Shown: positions 58,551 through 64,000 of the stretch, in pieces
Position numbering within the stretch: the first letter of the stretch is position 1
Layout: the number at the start of each line of letters is the position of its first letter
NCBI GenBank assembly: GCA_905178155.1
Contig: CAJINV010000008.1
Coordinates: forward strand, 124,001 to 188,000
Length of the DNA: 64,000 bases
From: Amoebophrya sp. A120
Lineage: Eukaryota > Protista > Dinoflagellata
Reading direction: 5' to 3'
Notes under the pieces: model-generated
Told to the model about the DNA's origin: nothing
Seen by the model: the letters and a program-made list of their open reading frames with translations, nothing else
Databases searched by the model: none
Translations under genes and position numbers: made by a program

Positions 58551-61500
58551 TCACTTGATCTGGTAGGTTCGAATGATTCTGGCGATAGGGTTGCGGCAAA
58601 GCGGACACAAGGATCCGATGTCGGTACTGCAACTCTGACAGACGACCTGGTGGCCACAATCCAGGATGACCGTATCGATCGGGTTTTCGAAGCACACCTT
58701 GCAGATATTGTCCAGGTCGTCGCCGTGATCCTCCTTCTTTTTCTTCTTCTTTTTCTTCTTTGGTTTCGCGTCCGGATCGTCGGGGTCATGAGGCGTCCCC
58801 GAGGTTGTTCCGCGCGTGTCGTCGAGCTGGTGCTTGGATGGACTGTGACTTAGATCCTTCGAGGATCCCCGCTTGGTCTCGCTCCCAGCGGTGAGCTGCG
58901 CCATACTGGAGCCGCCCGTTTCGTCGAAGGTCTGGCTCATGCTCTGCCGGATGGACTTCGACTGCATTGCCGACTTTTTCGGGGCGTTCAGGTCGATGCC
59001 GCGCTTCCTGGCCTCTTTTATTTTCTCCGCCATCTTTTTCCACTCGGTCTGGAAGCAATTGCCGAACACGCGGTACTCGGGATTGTTCAGAATGTCGATC
59101 AAGCTGCTCAACTCCGCGCTGGGTACGCCGTCCTTCAGCCCCCGTTCGACGTCCTCGCGCTGGTAGCCTTGACTCACCGCCGCACCGGTCAGCCTTTCCC
59201 GCTCCTGCTGGAGGAACTTCGGCATCTCGTAGGGCTGCTCCACCTGCTTCAGCTGGATCTGGGACCGGGCGAGATCCTTGATTTCCTCCGGGACTGACCC
59301 CGGCTTGATGTTTTTCTTTTTGAAGTAGTTGGTCACCTCACGCGGTACCTCGTCCAGCGTGCACATCGCGAGCTCCAGGTAGCTGCGGTCTTTGAAGTCA
59401 GCGAACGGCACGAACTGGACGATATCGCGCTCCATGTACACGTTTTCGCTGGTGGAGTACAACGGCTCCTCATCGGCATCGAGCTCGTCCATCAAAGCGA
59501 AATCCTCATCCCCGACCCCCACAATAATGATCGACATGGGAAATCGGGATGCCCGCACAATTTCGTTGATCGTATCCTGCATGTCGTTGATCACGCCGTC
59601 CGTCAAGATCAACAGGATGAAATACCTGCCAACAGTAGATTTCGTCTTTTACTCCTCGTCAAGGGATCATCGTTCCCAAAGCGGGTGAAGACCCCGTGCT
59701 CTCGTGCGTGCACGGTTCTTTTCAGCCTTTTCCAGAACTGGCTTATGCAATTTTATGACATCTTCCATGTGAGAATGAGAACTGAAAGTGATCAACTGAA
59801 AGCAACAAAGCCAACATGAAATTTGTAGCAATAGTATGAAATCCAGTTTGCTACAAATTGAAGTGAGGACAACTAGGAAATAAAGGAATGGAAATGGCAA
59901 TGGATGGACGACAACTAATATACAAAAAACACGAGCGATCCGAAACTCAGTACTTCATGTCCTCTTCCTGTTCTGGGTCCTTGTACGGCTCGGCCAGATT
60001 TGCCGCCAGACGCACTATTTCGCGAAACTCGGTGGGGCCGTGTAGCGTTACTATTGGCAGTGTCTTCTTGTAAACGTCCACTACTCCTTCGAGGCCATCT
60101 ACCTGTGATTGATCATGATGAAAATCCAACTCATTGAATCAATGCAAAGCAGAGCGCCATTTTGATATTGATGCCATAGCGCGGACAGTTTTTTGTTCGC
60201 TTCTATCTCCTTCATTCCCATTCGTTCACCTTGTAGTACGGCAGCAACGTTACATAAAAATATGTTTTTTGTTACCTCTGGATCGAAGAAGTCGCCGTTG
60301 AGTGCGAAACATCTGCTCGTTGTTGTGTATCCGGGTGGTATTTTGGCACCGAAGCCGTATACAGGATACCTCTTATCACTATCGTAGTGCTGCAAAATCT
60401 CGCAGACTGCCCGTATGGCCATCACATAGTCATTGGGCTCTCCGTCCTCTTCCATGTGGTGCAAGGAACCAGGCTCGGCAGGATCCCCATTGGACCGCGT
60501 GCAATCCACAGCAATGACCAGGTTCATCTCGAGGCCACCGGCTATGTAGTCCAGAAAGGTGTAGCTCTTCTCGATCTTTATCTTGTCGAACTGTGTGAGT
60601 TTGTGTATGTGGAAAGTAGCTGCCTCTTGCGAGGGCTCGGTGAAGGTGACAGATTCAACTCATCGAATACATCAAACAAGAGTAAGTCGGTGGAAAAAGC
60701 ACAGTTATTAAACCACATCAGAAACAAAACTGTACGATCAACTGCCCCATGCACTTCGGCTTTTTCTTTTTCCCTTTCGACCCGGCTGATGCGTCGAGAT
60801 TTTCATACAAGGCCAATATTACAGGTTTCCCGTCTTCGCTCGCGCGCTGCAGGTCTGCCAGACACGTAGTGGCGCTCCCGATCAGCTTGTCTGCTTGTGT
60901 CCGATTCCAGTCGTAAACTTCCACTATTATACTTCTAAACTCATCGCCACGACATAACTGCTGGACGGACAGCTCGGTCTGAAGTAGATGATGTTGTCTT
61001 CTTCATCATGCGAAAGCGATTTTGGAGGTTAAGTTCTTGACCATCAACCTCTACCTCAACATGTCAAATCCTGCTTGTGCATTCATTGTACTGGTACGGC
61101 TGTGCTACGATTTAACATCTTCAGCAGAAACTAACCGAGAAAACGTAAGCCACCTGAGCTATCCCAGTGTAAAAGGAAAAGGATTTAAGGAATCAAAAAT
61201 AGAAAATAAAAAACAATCGAATATTATACCGGCTCCCACGTCGGATTGAGTGTTCGCTTTACTGTCTCTGTTTTAAATACAGGCACTTTCTGCTTAAACT
61301 GATCCTCTTCGCTGAGCCGAACATTTGGAACGGCTCCACGGTAAATCACGACGTAAGGATCGGCTCGGCGGGAGAAAAAATCCATCACTGGAAGAGACTT
61401 GGCGCTGAGCTGAAAACTGCACTGCATTTTCAAAGACTTCATCTCTTCCGCCTGCAGGTGTATCGTCCCGTTGTTCTTGCGCGCATGGTGCAAAATTTCC

Positions 61501-62502
61501 CGCTCCACGTTGTCCCCCTGGGCCGCGACCATCTCGCCCACGAATATTTCCTGTGAAAGTGAATGTATTTCAAAGGTTCCTGTGATTGGCAATGGCAATG
61601 GCATTGGTCGTGGTCTAGAAAGCTACTTAGTTGAAAAACAAAAAAAACGACAAGCCTCCGGTTGCACTGGCACCTCACAACCAAAGACGCCAGGCATGAT
61701 GTCAACGATGCAACACCAGCACGGTGGTGCTCCTCTGTATAAGTATAATATGTCGTGCTCGACGTACTACGTGTTTTGTTCGTTTTCTTTTAGTAAAAAT
61801 ACGCGCACGCGACGACTTTCTTTAAGTTTATCTTTGATCAGTTTCAGTAAAATACAATTTTATTTATCAAAGCAAAGACTAAATAGAAATACCGCGCTCC
61901 CCAAAAAATCCCACTCCGATATATTTTCCGATTTTGGGTCGGGGGTGTGGTACACTTCAAACCTTGTTTTCTGCTGGATCTCGAAATTGTATTCGATGGT
62001 TCCAGGCTATCCACAGGGAAAAATGCAACTTTTTCTATCCTAATCCTCCGTAGCGAGAGGAAGCTTTTTATGATTATGTTCATGAACGCTGGTAACATCA
62101 GCAGGAGCAGGCGTGTGACCATCCTGCGTCTGCCTTTGGCATTGCTATGTGACTCATCATGGGCCTGCAATACACAAGCAATTACTTACGCACGCAAAAA
62201 ATATCATTGCATTTTCTCTTGGATAGGGACCTCACAAACGACCCCGCGTCTACCCCCATCAGTGTTTCCGTTTTCAGCACTTCCGTCCATGCCTTGTCTT
62301 GCGCGCGGCGAGTGTATATCACCACTCTGGGGTTGCATTTCTTCCGCAAATCTTGCACGCGAACGTGAATTTCGACACGACTGGAGAGGTCCTGCTCCAG
62401 CAGCCCGCCCTGCGTGGCCAGCTGCGCGGCCTCGGTCACCTCATCTATGTGGGCGGTGGCTTCCGCCTGGTTGCTCTTTACGGCTGAAGAGGCAGACCCC
62501 AT
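58551..62502 (-). CDS. Copine (2 C2 + vWA) with C-terminal RING finger and N-myristoylation-like MGSASS start
   Basis: IEYNFEIQQ, ADPYVVIY, RTLNPTWEP, VEVYDWN, YTFLDYI.GG, AVDCTRSNGDP, YDSDKRYPVYGFGAK, ILTDGVINDM, RDIVQFVPF; RING CKVC...CGH..VCQSC....CPLCR. Confidence 0.93.
62008..62225. mobile_element. Introner with decayed TSD, 218 bp
   Basis: TIR TATCCA(C)AG.GAAAA(A)TGCAA; flanks CAGGC and GGGAC. Removing the element plus 5 nt restores the C2 spacing FVRSxTIEYNFE. Confidence 0.75.
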
Positions 62503-64000
62503 CTTGTTCGGGGGCGAGAGCTATCCAACACGGACGACGAGGAGGCTCTTTCCGCCCGTCCTGCCAAACAAGTCTCGATGAAGCCTCGGCTTTCGCCGAC
62601 GCTACTCCCCGCCGAAGCTGCTCCTCCGAAGTTGGAACTACTAGGAGAGCTGCAGGACGGTAAGCTATCTTTCGAAGGTCGCAAATAGAAATGCCTTTCT
62701 TCAGTTGTCCTCGGGTAGAAGATTAAGACGCCGGGCACACACCGTGATTTATAATCTGGTGTTCAGGTGGTCGTGGAAGATACACGTCATGCTGCCTATC
62801 GCAACGTCCGAAGCCATGTCGATGTTGCCGCACCTCCAAGGTGCTACTGCTATTCCAGAGCAGAGACGAGGACTCACTGCACGATGTTCGTCGGACGAAA
62901 AGCAAAAGGATTAAAGCTCCTGCGGGCCGCAATTGTAGTCAACGAACGTCAAGAGCAGAGATACCGTCACGCATGATGCAGACAACACAACAAATCGAAA
63001 TCGATGGTAAATTGGGTCGTTCGCGATGTGCTACGTCTACTAACTTGAGTAGTCAGTCATAGTGATAGTGAATGGCTACAACGCCATAGCAATAGGAGAA
63101 TCAAGAAACAAAGTCGGTGCGCGTAGTACGCCTCTGCAATAGCTGCAAATAAAGCAAAACAAAAACTAGATGCAGCTAGAACATTTTCTCTTGCAATACT
63201 GGAGCTGTGTGTTCCATCTATGGGTGCACTGATGCTGCGAATCATCAGGAGAGAAGGTTTCCGAATTGACGACCTGTTTCTACACCTGTTGATACTTTAA
63301 ATCTATAAAAAAGGGCCTTTGCCCCCATTATAGAGGAACTCCATGCCTCTTCGGTTCAACTCACCATGTCCCTCTGCTGGTCATGTCTCCTGGTCCATGA
63401 GCATGACAATCAACGACAACTCTCACACATTGCCACTTCTTGAGTGGACCAATTGGTGCGAATAGGAATATGTACATGCGACGACTACTTGCGAATACTA
63501 TCAACTGTAACCCTTTCGTGACTTCCACTCACACTGACTCCGCCTCGACGCTAACAAATAACGATAATAATTTGTATAACCTCGTCCGTGATCGATCTTG
63601 ACCGAGTTTCACTACTTTTGTTTCGTGTTCTTCTGTTTTACTTCTCTCACAACTCTTCGATTGGGATTGCCTCGTCGTACACATTCAGAACACGGCTGCT
63701 GATGGATCGATGAGCTTCCCGCTGTACACTCAAGGAGCTGCATACAAACAATCAAGTCTAGCCCGCCGGGGTCATCCTCATCTAATTGTAAGGACATGAT
63801 ACCCGTCGCGGTTGATTGCGCTTGGCTTCGGTTTGCCATGAAGATGAAGCCTCGCCACGACGAGAATGTAGCTGAAAAAGAACAGAGAAAGGTCTGAAAT
63901 CTAGTTCATTTATTTTTGACATCGGTCGAGGAGTGACATTGACACGTCGCAGCACTGCCACAAATTTAGAATTTATTGAAGAACAAGGGCACGTTTTTAT

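Noticed and set aside
549-62663. Numerous long plus-strand ORFs (e.g. 12826..13944, 20168..20902, 29388..30251)
   Set aside because: They are antisense shadows of GC-rich minus-strand exons and show no recognisable motifs.

Overview
Eukaryotic nuclear DNA, gene-dense and intron-rich. All 12 supported genes lie on the minus strand. Gene content, unidirectional layout and non-canonical introns with inverted repeats point to a syndinian dinoflagellate such as Amoebophrya (inference). Left to right: adenylyl-cyclase-like channel fusion (partial), secreted LPMO, myosin, a ~2,900-aa protein containing a TV-Pol/PolA-like domain, a kinase-less MadBub, an unknown helical protein, a DUF273-like glycosyltransferase, ABCG, a FkbM methyltransferase, a DMT transporter, another unknown protein and a copine-RING. 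Three observations stand out. (1) In-frame TGA codons, followed by A in each case, sit inside apparently intact exons, one at a family-conserved Trp, while TGA also ends other genes. This suggests context-dependent UGA=Trp decoding or editing. (2) Ten TAT...ATA terminal-inverted-repeat elements, mostly with 5-bp target duplications, act as introns in either orientation; one carries a nested element with an 8-bp duplication. (3) A viral/transposon-type family-A polymerase domain is embedded in a chromatin-type protein with Cys clusters, an AT-hook and a SANT/Myb motif. All gene models were built by eye and need RNA-seq.
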